From assembly GCA_001784565.1 (NCBI GenBank), contig MFRL01000090.1, forward strand, positions 6,378 through 70,377: 64,000 nucleotides of DNA. The letters run 5' to 3'. The translations under genes and the position numbers were made by a program. The notes under the pieces were generated by a model. It had not been told where the DNA came from and made no database searches. It saw nothing but the letters and a program-made list of their open reading frames with translations. Positions 48,380 through 57,401 of the stretch are shown one piece after another. This stretch comes from Candidatus Melainabacteria bacterium GWF2_37_15. GTDB lineage: Bacteria; Cyanobacteriota; Vampirovibrionia; Gastranaerophilales; UBA9971. The first letter of the stretch is position 1. Each line of letters begins with the position of its first letter.

Positions 48380-49144
48380 TTATTTCACCAATTTCTTTAG
48401 TATTAAAAGAAACTGAGGACTTAAAATATTTTTACCTTCAAATAAATCAATTTTTTCATATACTTCTTTTGCTATAGTGTCATATTTCATGTAATCTGCT
48501 GTTAATGCTGGATTATATACTCTTGTTAAGAAAAAATAAGTGGAAAAATTAAACATAACTTGAATTTCAAAATAATTTTTTAAAAATTCTAACAAATTAT
48601 TCAACTTAAAATATGTATTATGATGGGGTTCTTTTAATGATTCAAGGTTAAATTTGTTTCTAAGAATGTTTAAATTATTAAGCCCATCTATACATGTTTC
48701 CAGCATTAAATAATAACCATTGTCATTAAGGGCATTATGTATCTTTAATATTGCTTTTTTCTGGTTTTCAAAATTTCCCAAATTTATCAGACATCTTTTA
48801 GTAATTGCAACTGTGCATTTTTCATTAAAATCATCATTTAATATATCAAAGTTTCTAAATTTGATAATCTTCTCTTTGCAATTATTAATTGCTTTTTCCA
48901 GCATTTGTTTTGAATAATCATAACCGTAACATTTTTTAAAATGCTCCAGAAAAAATATAGTATCTGTAGCATCTCCGCATCCTATATCAAAAAGTATATC
49001 TAGAGAGCTTTCAGGTAAAGTCTTTACAGCGTCTAGTATTGCGTTCCTCTCAATTGATTGAAGATTACCATCTTTTAAAGAAACTGTATTTTCATTTTCC
49101 CAGTAATTTTTTATCAGGTCTAAATTTTTATTATCTACTGACAA
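48380..49144 (-). CDS. class I SAM-dependent methyltransferase
   Basis: Motif I ILFDIGCGDATD. Confidence 0.8.
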   Translation of the reverse strand: MSVDNKNLDLIKNYWENENTVSLKDGNLQSIERNAILDAVKTLPESSLDILFDIGCGDATDTIFFLEHFKKCYGYDYSKQMLEKAINNCKEKIIKFRNFDILNDDFNEKCTVAITKRCLINLGNFENQKKAILKIHNALNDNGYYLMLETCIDGLNNLNILRNKFNLESLKEPHHNTYFKLNNLLEFLKNYFEIQVMFNFSTYFFLTRVYNPALTADYMKYDTIAKEVYEKIDLFEGKNILSPQFLLILKKLVK

Positions 49145-49162
49145 CGCTATATCTCCTTATTT

Positions 49163-50260
49163 TCATACCTTCACCCCACTTGGAATGTTAACCAACCTCT
49201 CCTCAATAAACTCAGCATTCGACAGATCGCCGCACCGGCAATCCTTAAACATCTCCAGTTTATTCATTAAACGCCAGGCAGGACGTGTCATAACCTCATT
49301 ATCATTTGTATAATTCAAAAATTCATCTCTTTGCTTTTTATCATCCAGTAAAATAGCATTTAACCAGTAATTTGAGCAGCAGTTTTCGGGCTCTGTGACG
49401 AACTTTTCTTTAAAAAAATCCTTGTAAATACCAGCAAGTTTACGTTTTTTATCAAGAAGTGCCGGTAATTTTTCCATCTGAGCAAGCCCTAACGCTGCAT
49501 TAATGTTCGGCATACGATAATTATAACCGATTTCATCATGCACAAATTCCCACCTGTGAGGGATTTTTGCTTGCGTGGTTAAATGTTTTGCTCTTTTTGC
49601 AAGTTGCTCATCATTAGTGAGTAGCATACCACCGCCGCCTGTAGTGATAATTTTGTTCCCGTTAAAGCTTAAAATACCTGATTGACCGAAATTCCCTGTA
49701 TGTATGCCGTTAAATTTACTCCCTAGCGATTCAGCACAGTCTTCTACAAGTTTAATATTGTACTTATTGCAAATTTTTGCTATTTCTTGAATTTTTGCGG
49801 GGTGGCCGAATGTATGCATAGGAATACATGCGGTGACTTTACTTCCCGTTTTGTTATTCTGTAGGAATTCTTCGAGTTTTTTAGGTGATAAACCCAGTGT
49901 GTCTCTGTCTATATCTAGAAAAATAGGGGTAGCACCGGCATATTTAATTGCATTGGCAGTTGCTATAAAGGTCAATGGCTGGGTTATAACTTCATCCCCC
50001 GGCTTTACTCCCGCCAAAATAAGTGCTATATGGAGTGCACTGGTCCCGTTTACACACGCCACAGCGTATTTTGTCCCACAAAAATTTGCAATTTTCTTTT
50101 CAAAATCAGCTACATACTGCCCAATACTAGATACGAACGTTGAATTAATGCAATCTACAACAAGTTCTTTCTCTCTTTCGGTAAAACAGGGCTCATGAAG
50201 AGGTATGAAATCATTGGTTTTATAAATATCCCTTATAAAATCAACTGTTTGTTTAAACAT
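49163..50260 (-). CDS. DegT/DnrJ/EryC1-family sugar aminotransferase (LegC-like)
   Basis: SGT.AL..AL, HTFGHPA and SFNGNKIITTGGGGMLLT (PLP lysine). Confidence 0.85.
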   Translation of the reverse strand: MFKQTVDFIRDIYKTNDFIPLHEPCFTEREKELVVDCINSTFVSSIGQYVADFEKKIANFCGTKYAVACVNGTSALHIALILAGVKPGDEVITQPLTFIATANAIKYAGATPIFLDIDRDTLGLSPKKLEEFLQNNKTGSKVTACIPMHTFGHPAKIQEIAKICNKYNIKLVEDCAESLGSKFNGIHTGNFGQSGILSFNGNKIITTGGGGMLLTNDEQLAKRAKHLTTQAKIPHRWEFVHDEIGYNYRMPNINAALGLAQMEKLPALLDKKRKLAGIYKDFFKEKFVTEPENCCSNYWLNAILLDDKKQRDEFLNYTNDNEVMTRPAWRLMNKLEMFKDCRCGDLSNAEFIEERLVNIPSGVKV

Positions 50261-51242
50261 TATAAATATCCGTTTTGTATCTTTTTAAGTTTTTACTATC
50301 TGTAAACCATTTTATGGTTTCTTCCAATCCCTGTTCCAGGTTATATTCAGGTTTAAAACCGGTTAGATTCCTGATTTTACTATTGTCGCACCATAATCTT
50401 TTTACTTCTGATTTTTCGGGTCTAATTCTTTGTTCTTCTGTTATAAATTCAACATCACTATCCATTAACTTTTTGATTTTTTCCAGTAAATTCTGGATGG
50501 ATATTTCAGTATTAGAGCCGATATTTATAGTTTCTCCAGTTATATTCTCAGTTTCTGCCAGAAGAACAAACCCATGGCATATATCTTTAACATAATTTAA
50601 ATCCCTGGTGGGTGTAACATCACCAAGTTTAACTTGTTTTTTACCCGCTACAATCTGAGTAATAATTGTAGGAATTATGGCGCGTGCTGATTGTCGGGGG
50701 CCATAAGTGTTAAAAGGTCTTGCTATTATTAAAGGCAGGTTAAAAGCATTATAAAAACTCATAGCCATTGAATCTGCAGCAATTTTGCTTGCACTGTAAG
50801 GAGATTGAGGCTGCAATGGGTGCTTTTCATCTATAGGTACATATTGAGCTGTACCATATACTTCACTTGTAGATGTATGGATTATTTTTTCACAGTTATT
50901 TTCAAGCGCCGCCAAGCAAATATTAGCAGTTCCCTTAATATTGGTATCAATATAGCTGTCCGGAGCAACATATGAATAAGGAATTGCGATCAACGATGCC
51001 AGATGAAAAACAATATCAATATTTTGAGTAAGTTTTTTGCAAAAATATGGATCACGGACATCCCCGCATATTACTTCCAGATTTTCGTGATTTATTTCTT
51101 CAAGCCAGCCCCAACTATTAAACGAATTATAATAAGATAGCGCCTTTACATTACATCCAGATCTGAGTAGTTCTTCAGTTAGATGTGAGCCAATAAAACC
51201 GTCAGCTCCTGTTATTAATACATTTTTACCATTTAGATCCAT
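50253..51242 (-). CDS. NAD-dependent sugar 4,6-dehydratase (LegB-like, extended SDR)
   Basis: VLITGADGFIGSHL, STSEVYG and YSASK. Confidence 0.85.
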   Translation of the reverse strand: MDLNGKNVLITGADGFIGSHLTEELLRSGCNVKALSYYNSFNSWGWLEEINHENLEVICGDVRDPYFCKKLTQNIDIVFHLASLIAIPYSYVAPDSYIDTNIKGTANICLAALENNCEKIIHTSTSEVYGTAQYVPIDEKHPLQPQSPYSASKIAADSMAMSFYNAFNLPLIIARPFNTYGPRQSARAIIPTIITQIVAGKKQVKLGDVTPTRDLNYVKDICHGFVLLAETENITGETINIGSNTEISIQNLLEKIKKLMDSDVEFITEEQRIRPEKSEVKRLWCDNSKIRNLTGFKPEYNLEQGLEETIKWFTDSKNLKRYKTDIYNV

Positions 51243-52200
51243 AAAGTATATCCTGTATTTTTTGAAGTTCTACAATATCTTCATCTGATAAAAGCTTTTG
51301 CTCTTTTATTTCATCTAAACTATTTACAGATTTACACGTTTCTATGTCGTATTTTTTAAATTTTTCCTGTTTTTTAATTTTATATTCATAATAAAAATCT
51401 TCATAAGACTCTAGAATTAAATCAGTAAAGCCAACATAATATTCTTTATCAATAACACTTTTTATTACTTCCAATTCGGGCTTATAAAGTTCATGTTCAG
51501 AATTTCTTGCTACTATATGATTAGTTGGATAAATATAATCAACATCTCTTAAAATTTCTTTTTGGGTTTTTTCCCTAACCGCAAATAAATCTGGCAAAAA
51601 TTTAATATTTCCTTCAGCTAAAATCAAAGCTCCAAGAAATAATTCCTCCCAGGTTATATATCCAGATAAGGACCATTTATTAAATAATTTAAATATTCTA
51701 ATTAAATTCTCTTTTTCGTGCATCACCCAGAAAAGCTGGACGTAATGATTCAAATAGTGCTTAATTCGTTCTTCTGGTGAATTATGAATTAGATTATTTT
51801 TTAACCAATATTGATAAAGAAGTCTATAATTATATAAAAATTTCCCATTAAAATCTTTATCAAATGAAAAAAACTTTCCAGTAACAATTTTATACGACTT
51901 GTTTTCCCTTAAAAATTCATAACCTTTTTTTAAAGCACCAGGAATAACAAAGTCATCAACCCCACACAACACCACATAATCTTCTTTTATTTCATATAAA
52001 CCATTTAAAATTTTGCAATTTCCATTTGCGCCTGGAACATGGTAATATTTAATATTATTAGCAAATTTTCCATTATATTTTTCTTCTTTGGAGTCAAAAT
52101 AATAAACATTAACTTCTCTATCAGAAAAAAACTCTATGGATCTTTGAATACAACTATGTTCTCTATGATCTAAAACAATAATTGCATAATTATTTGCCAA
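51226..52200 (-). CDS. hypothetical protein, possibly a GT-A-like glycosyltransferase
   Basis: Only VLCGVDDFV (DxD-like) and the operon context support this. TTG start. Confidence 0.35.
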   Translation of the reverse strand: MANNYAIIVLDHREHSCIQRSIEFFSDREVNVYYFDSKEEKYNGKFANNIKYYHVPGANGNCKILNGLYEIKEDYVVLCGVDDFVIPGALKKGYEFLRENKSYKIVTGKFFSFDKDFNGKFLYNYRLLYQYWLKNNLIHNSPEERIKHYLNHYVQLFWVMHEKENLIRIFKLFNKWSLSGYITWEELFLGALILAEGNIKFLPDLFAVREKTQKEILRDVDYIYPTNHIVARNSEHELYKPELEVIKSVIDKEYYVGFTDLILESYEDFYYEYKIKKQEKFKKYDIETCKSVNSLDEIKEQKLLSDEDIVELQKIQDILYGSKW

Positions 52201-52341
52201 AATTAATTACCTTTTAAATAAAATTATAATAATTAAGATTATAAGTTAAACGAAAATAAAAGAAGACATCCAAATATATGAAAAAAAAGAACCCCACCCG
52301 TAAGGTTAAAAACTTTACTTGCGGGTTTTAATCGCAGCTAA

Positions 52342-52358
52342 TGATATAATGATATAAT
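52342..52358 (+). promoter_or_regulatory. duplicated extended -10 box TGATATAATGATATAAT
   Basis: Two overlapping TGnTATAAT matches about 40 nt before the ATG at 52397. Confidence 0.35.
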
Positions 52359-52396
52359 TATTTAACTATTTAATTATTTAATTACAAACTATAATT

Positions 52397-53245
52397 ATGA
52401 AAAAAATTATAATAACTGGTGCAAGTGGATTTATAGGAAGAAATACAATTAACCCATTAATTAAATATGGGTATGATATTCACGCTATTTACTATAATAA
52501 AAAAATTGATATTAACGGCTTAATCTGGCATAAAGTAAATTTACTGGATCATGATCAGGTTAATATACTTTTTAAAACTGTCCAGCCTTCTCACCTGCTT
52601 CATTTAGCCTGGGATGTTATACCCGGCAACTATTTATATAACTCCAACAATTATGCTTGGTTAAATTCAGGAATAAATCTTTTAAGAAGTTTTAAGGAAA
52701 ACGGTGGCAAAAGGGCTGTAGTTGCTGGAACACAAGCGGAATATTATTCGAATTACCCTTATTCCGCTTGCAAAAGAGCATTGCTAGAAGTCTTAAAAAG
52801 TTTAGATATCAGTTATGCCTGGGGAAGAATTTTTAATTTATATGGAGAAAATGAATATTCAACAAGATTAATACCATCTATCATAACTTCTATATTAAAA
52901 GGTGAAGAAATTATATGCAGCAGCGGTGAACAAATAAGAGATTATATGTATGTTAAAGACGTTGCAGAAGCTTTTGTTGAAATAGTTAATTGCGAAATTC
53001 AAGGAATTATTGATATTGGTTCAGGCCAAGGCATAAAAGTAAAGGATATTATCTATAAAATTACTGAAAAAATGAATGGCCACGAATTAATAAAATTGGG
53101 AACTAAAAAAACTTCTCTTAATGAAGTTTCACATTCAATTGCTGATATTTCAAGATTGAAAAATGAAGTTGGCTTTCTTCCTCAATTTACAATTGATGAT
53201 GGACTAGAACAAGTCATTAAGTGGCATAGGTTGAAAAATAATTAA
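52397..53245 (+). CDS. NAD-dependent epimerase/dehydratase family protein
   Basis: IIITGASGFIGRN and YSACK. Confidence 0.8.
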   Translation: MKKIIITGASGFIGRNTINPLIKYGYDIHAIYYNKKIDINGLIWHKVNLLDHDQVNILFKTVQPSHLLHLAWDVIPGNYLYNSNNYAWLNSGINLLRSFKENGGKRAVVAGTQAEYYSNYPYSACKRALLEVLKSLDISYAWGRIFNLYGENEYSTRLIPSIITSILKGEEIICSSGEQIRDYMYVKDVAEAFVEIVNCEIQGIIDIGSGQGIKVKDIIYKITEKMNGHELIKLGTKKTSLNEVSHSIADISRLKNEVGFLPQFTIDDGLEQVIKWHRLKNN

Positions 53246-53287
53246 AACCGTATTCTCCTCATAATTTTCCTTTTAGTTTTTAAAGGA

Positions 53288-54058
53288 TCAGTATAATAAT
53301 TTAAAATATAAATCATCAAGCTTATAATAATCTAATAATTTTAATAGTTTATCAGATGCATTTTGGCTTAAATTCTGGCCCCGTCCCGAAATGCCTTTAT
53401 TAAAACGATTTTTTGAACAACGTTTTTGAGACGTAGTTTGATTTGCAGTAACTATATTAATTGCTTCATCAATTTGTTCAGTAGTTATTTGCAAATGTCC
53501 GGCAGCTTTTAATATAGAAGAAACAGTTTCTATTTTATTGGATATTAAGTCTTCATACCAGATCATTTTTATTGAATTATCTTTGCACTTTATCCAGCCC
53601 ATAAAAAAATTTATATACCAAGGAATTATTAAATCTACAATGAATTCTTCCCTTTTGTGATCCTCCCAAGAAAAATATTCCTTTGGAACAACACCGGATG
53701 AACCCCCTACTGCTTCATCTACAAAATGATCTTTGATTGAATATATTACATCTCTTAAATTTCTGCATAAAATAACTCTGAATATATTGTGCCTATTACA
53801 AATATCATCGAGTACTATCGAATGTCTAACATGATGCTGAGCTATAAAAAATTTAGAATTAAAAACCTTAGAATTTGGATTTTCACGTGAAACAAGAAAT
53901 GAGTTAATTCTTGATTCTTCAATTTCCTGTTCTCTATCTCCATAGCCAGGTACCAGGGAATATTTTTTAAAATCAGGTAATCTATCTATTAAGTTTACCA
54001 AAAATGTACTACCAGATTTTGGCATACAGGCTAATAAAATATGTGAATTATCAGACAT
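53288..54058 (-). CDS. sulfotransferase family protein
   Basis: 5'-PSB loop CMPKSGSTFL and 3'-PB-like RNLRDVIYS. Confidence 0.7.
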   Translation of the reverse strand: MSDNSHILLACMPKSGSTFLVNLIDRLPDFKKYSLVPGYGDREQEIEESRINSFLVSRENPNSKVFNSKFFIAQHHVRHSIVLDDICNRHNIFRVILCRNLRDVIYSIKDHFVDEAVGGSSGVVPKEYFSWEDHKREEFIVDLIIPWYINFFMGWIKCKDNSIKMIWYEDLISNKIETVSSILKAAGHLQITTEQIDEAINIVTANQTTSQKRCSKNRFNKGISGRGQNLSQNASDKLLKLLDYYKLDDLYFKLLY

Positions 54059-54181
54059 TCTTTATTAATTTCATTAATTATATTATTAAAAAAATTATAC
54101 AATAATTTTTTAATTATGGAAAAAAGTGATTAAGCCTAAAAAATTTAACTTAGAAACGATATATTTTTGATTTTATAAAAA

Positions 54182-54190
54182 TGATATAAT
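54182..54190 (+). promoter_or_regulatory. extended -10 promoter TGATATAAT upstream of the radical SAM trio
   Basis: Exact TGnTATAAT 52 nt before the ATG at 54242. Confidence 0.35.
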
Positions 54191-54241
54191 TAGATAAATT
54201 TTGTAATAAAAAAAGATAATGGAAAAAAACATAAAAAAACC

Positions 54242-55270
54242 ATGAATACCAAAATTAAGCCAAATTATGACACAAACAGAAAAAACCTTGCAGACATAAT
54301 ACCACTTCCAGCTCCATTTACGGTTTACATAGAACAGACAAGATTTTGTAATTTTAAGTGTTTTTATTGCATACATTCTACACGGGATCAAGAAAATGGG
54401 GAATTTAAAAAGTTAAACTACGAAATTAAACACATGAATTTCGATATGTGCTCAAAAGTCGTGGAGCAACTTGCTGAATTTCCAAAAAATTCGATAAAAA
54501 GAATCGTTTTTTCAGGACTCGGAGAACCTTTAGCCAATCCAATACTACCTGAACTGGTAAAACTTGTAGCTGATAAAAAAATTGCTGAAAGAATAGAAAT
54601 AATAACAAATGGAGTCTTACTCACACCTGAATTGATCGATAAACTTATAAATGCAGGCTTAACTAATATAAATATTTCTATTCAGGGTTTAAGCAGTGAA
54701 AAATATGAAGAAATTTGCGGCAAAAAAATTGATTTTGATAAATTTTTAGAAAATCTAAAATATCTTTATGAAAACAAAAAAAATACTCAAATATACATAA
54801 AAGCCATAGATGCAACTTTTGAAAACAAAGAGGAAGAAAATAAATTTTATGAAATTTTTAGTCCCTTTGCCGATAAAATCTTTATAGAACATCTTATTCA
54901 AATGCAACGGCAAATGAGCAAACTTCAGTCAAAAGTTGATACCACAAAGAATTTTTATGGAGAAGAAGTAGATCAAACCAGACAAGTCTGCAGCCCTGTA
55001 TTTTATTTTCTACAAATAGGCTGTGATTTAGATGTATTTCCCTGTCCTGTTCCAGGACTCACCAGAAGAATATCATTAGGAAATATCAAAGATAACACTA
55101 TTTTAGAAATATGGAATGGAGATAAGAGAAAAAATTTCCTAAAAACAATGCTGAAAATGCAAAAAAATATAATTCCGGATTGCAAAGGATGTACTAATTA
55201 TAATTGTATAGTTGACCCCTTGGAATATCTTGATAAAGATGCAGCAAAATTGATAAATTTATTTGAATAG
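54242..55270 (+). CDS. radical SAM / SPASM-like protein, tandem paralogue 1
   Basis: CNFKCFYC. The C-terminus is VCSPVFYFLQIGCDLDVFPC...CKGCTNYNC. Confidence 0.85.
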   Translation: MNTKIKPNYDTNRKNLADIIPLPAPFTVYIEQTRFCNFKCFYCIHSTRDQENGEFKKLNYEIKHMNFDMCSKVVEQLAEFPKNSIKRIVFSGLGEPLANPILPELVKLVADKKIAERIEIITNGVLLTPELIDKLINAGLTNINISIQGLSSEKYEEICGKKIDFDKFLENLKYLYENKKNTQIYIKAIDATFENKEEENKFYEIFSPFADKIFIEHLIQMQRQMSKLQSKVDTTKNFYGEEVDQTRQVCSPVFYFLQIGCDLDVFPCPVPGLTRRISLGNIKDNTILEIWNGDKRKNFLKTMLKMQKNIIPDCKGCTNYNCIVDPLEYLDKDAAKLINLFE

Positions 55271-55279
55271 GAGTAGAAT

Positions 55280-56296
55280 ATGCCTTCGGAAATAAAACCT
55301 GTATGCGGACTTGAAAGAACAAAGTTAGCGGAAGTAGTACCTCTTAGTACACCATACAGCGTTCTTATTTTTCCAACAACTTTTTGCAACTTCAAATGCA
55401 TTTACTGTGCTCATTCTCTTGGCACTGAAGAAATGAAAAAACGATATAATTTTTCAAAAGAAAATATGGATATGGAAACCTATCAAAAAATTATCGAACA
55501 ACTAAAACAATTTCCCGAAAAAATAAAAATGCTGTCTTTAACAGGACAGGGTGAGCCTTTTTTCAATAAAAATATAGGCCAAATGATCAGAATTGCAAAA
55601 GAAAGTAATGTTGCAGAAAGAATAGAAATCATTTCAAACGCATCTTTATTAACAAAAGAACTTGCTGATGAAATTATAGATGCTGGACTTGATACTCTGA
55701 GAATATCGCTACAAGGATTATCGTCACAGAAATACAAGGAAATCTGCGGAACGGACATTAATTTTGACGAATTTATGAATAATATAAAGTATCTTTACAG
55801 TAAAAAACAAAGCACAAATTTGTTTGTAAAAATTCTGGATGCTGCACTTGATAAAGGAGATGACGAAAAATTCTATAAATTATTTTCAGATTACTCTGAC
55901 AGAATGTACATAGAAAAAATGCTTCCTGTTTACGATGGAGTTAAAGCAACAGATAAAATGGATATAAAATACGACAGATACGGGAGGGAAATTGAAAAAA
56001 GGAATGTTTGCCCCCTGGCGTTCTTTATGTTGGGAATATTCCCTGATGGAGATGTTGAACCCTGCGACACAATATATAAACCTGTTGTAATTGGTAATGT
56101 TAATCACGAGTCTCTCTTTGAAATGTGGAATGGAAAAATTTTAAGTGATTTCTGGAAAATGCAACTCACTGAAGGATATAAACATAATCCTAAATGTGCA
56201 GTATGTTGTGCACCTAATGACGTTGCACATCCAGAAGACGTTTTGGATCATGACTCTCAAAAAATATTAGAGTTAATCGAGAGAAAAAACAAATGA
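55280..56296 (+). CDS. radical SAM / SPASM-like protein, tandem paralogue 2
   Basis: CNFKCIYC. The C-terminus is VCPLAFFMLGIFPDGDVEPC...KCAVCC. Confidence 0.85.
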   Translation: MPSEIKPVCGLERTKLAEVVPLSTPYSVLIFPTTFCNFKCIYCAHSLGTEEMKKRYNFSKENMDMETYQKIIEQLKQFPEKIKMLSLTGQGEPFFNKNIGQMIRIAKESNVAERIEIISNASLLTKELADEIIDAGLDTLRISLQGLSSQKYKEICGTDINFDEFMNNIKYLYSKKQSTNLFVKILDAALDKGDDEKFYKLFSDYSDRMYIEKMLPVYDGVKATDKMDIKYDRYGREIEKRNVCPLAFFMLGIFPDGDVEPCDTIYKPVVIGNVNHESLFEMWNGKILSDFWKMQLTEGYKHNPKCAVCCAPNDVAHPEDVLDHDSQKILELIERKNK

Positions 56297-57306
56297 AAGC
56301 AAAAATAATTAAAGGCCAAACCACAAGCGCTACGAGATCAATACTGGCAGACAATATTCCTCTTGATACACCTTATGTTATTCAAATTTTTCCTGTCTAT
56401 GGCTGCAATTTCAGATGTAATTACTGTATACACTCTTTGAATCCTTCTGAAAGAGGCTATATCGCTGACAAAAAATTTATGGATTTTGATCTGTATAAAA
56501 AATGTATTGATGATATTTTAGAATTTCCCCAAAAAATTAAAATGCTCAGGTTTGCAGCCACTGGAGAACCCCTGCTTCATCCGCAAATAGCAGAAATGAT
56601 AGAATATGCCGCACAAAAAAAAGCGGCAAATTCAATAGAAATAGTAACAAATGGTTCTCTTCTAACTCCTGAACTCTCAAATAAGTTAATAAATTCAGGA
56701 TTAAACTGGTTAAGAATATCTATTCAGGGTGTTTCTGCTAAAAAGTATAAAGAAATTTCTGATGTTAGTATTGATTTTGAAGAATTTGTCAAAAATATAA
56801 GGTATTTTTATGATAACAAAAAGGATACCCAAATTTACATTAAGATAATTGATTGCGCTCTTTCGGAAGGAGAAGAAGAAAAATTTTATCAGATTTTTGG
56901 AGATATTTGTGACAAAATTTCAGTAGAATATTTACTCCCGGCTGTTTCACAAATAAACTACGCAGAAATTAGTAATCATGAATTTGAATTTACCCAGAAT
57001 GGGGTTAAGGCAAATAAAGATATAGAAGTTTGTCCCCAAGTGTTTTACATGATGCAGGTTAATCCTGAAGGAAACATTGTGCCGTGCTGCTCTATGGAAA
57101 CAGCTTATATTGAGGGTAACAATTTACAAAACAGCCTTGTGGATATCTGGAACGGGAAAAAAAGAAAAAATTTCCTGTTAATGCAGCTAAATAAAGTAAA
57201 ACATAAAAACAAGATTTGCAAAGAATGCCAAATTTATAAATATGGCGCTTTTCGGGAGGATATTCTTGATGATCGTGCCGAACAATTAAAAACAAAGTTG
57301 TTATAA
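56293..57306 (+). CDS. radical SAM / SPASM-like protein, tandem paralogue 3
   Basis: CNFRCNYC. The C-terminus is VCPQVFYMMQVNPEGNIVPCC...ICKEC. ATGA overlap with paralogue 2. Confidence 0.85.
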   Translation: MKAKIIKGQTTSATRSILADNIPLDTPYVIQIFPVYGCNFRCNYCIHSLNPSERGYIADKKFMDFDLYKKCIDDILEFPQKIKMLRFAATGEPLLHPQIAEMIEYAAQKKAANSIEIVTNGSLLTPELSNKLINSGLNWLRISIQGVSAKKYKEISDVSIDFEEFVKNIRYFYDNKKDTQIYIKIIDCALSEGEEEKFYQIFGDICDKISVEYLLPAVSQINYAEISNHEFEFTQNGVKANKDIEVCPQVFYMMQVNPEGNIVPCCSMETAYIEGNNLQNSLVDIWNGKKRKNFLLMQLNKVKHKNKICKECQIYKYGAFREDILDDRAEQLKTKLL

Positions 57307-57320
57307 TTTTTAACAATATG

Positions 57321-57350
57321 TTGACAAAAATGTCAAATAATTGCATTATA
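57321..57350 (+). promoter_or_regulatory. promoter of P2 with palindromic -35 region
   Basis: TTGACA, 17 nt, then CATTAT (or TGcATTATA). The -35 box is half of the palindrome TTGACA-AAAA-TGTCAA (57321..57336), which could be an operator. Confidence 0.5.
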
Positions 57351-57401
57351 GATTCTATCTTGTGTATTGGCGTGTAATATAAACATAAAGGAGATAGCAG
57401 A

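Noticed and set aside
54219-54245. Mini-ORF MEKNIKKP with its stop overlapping the first radical SAM ATG (ATGA), as a possible RiPP precursor or leader peptide
   Set aside because: Its eight residues are encoded by an A-rich tract. It has no Cys, Tyr or Gly-rich core, no SD and nothing to suggest a precursor.
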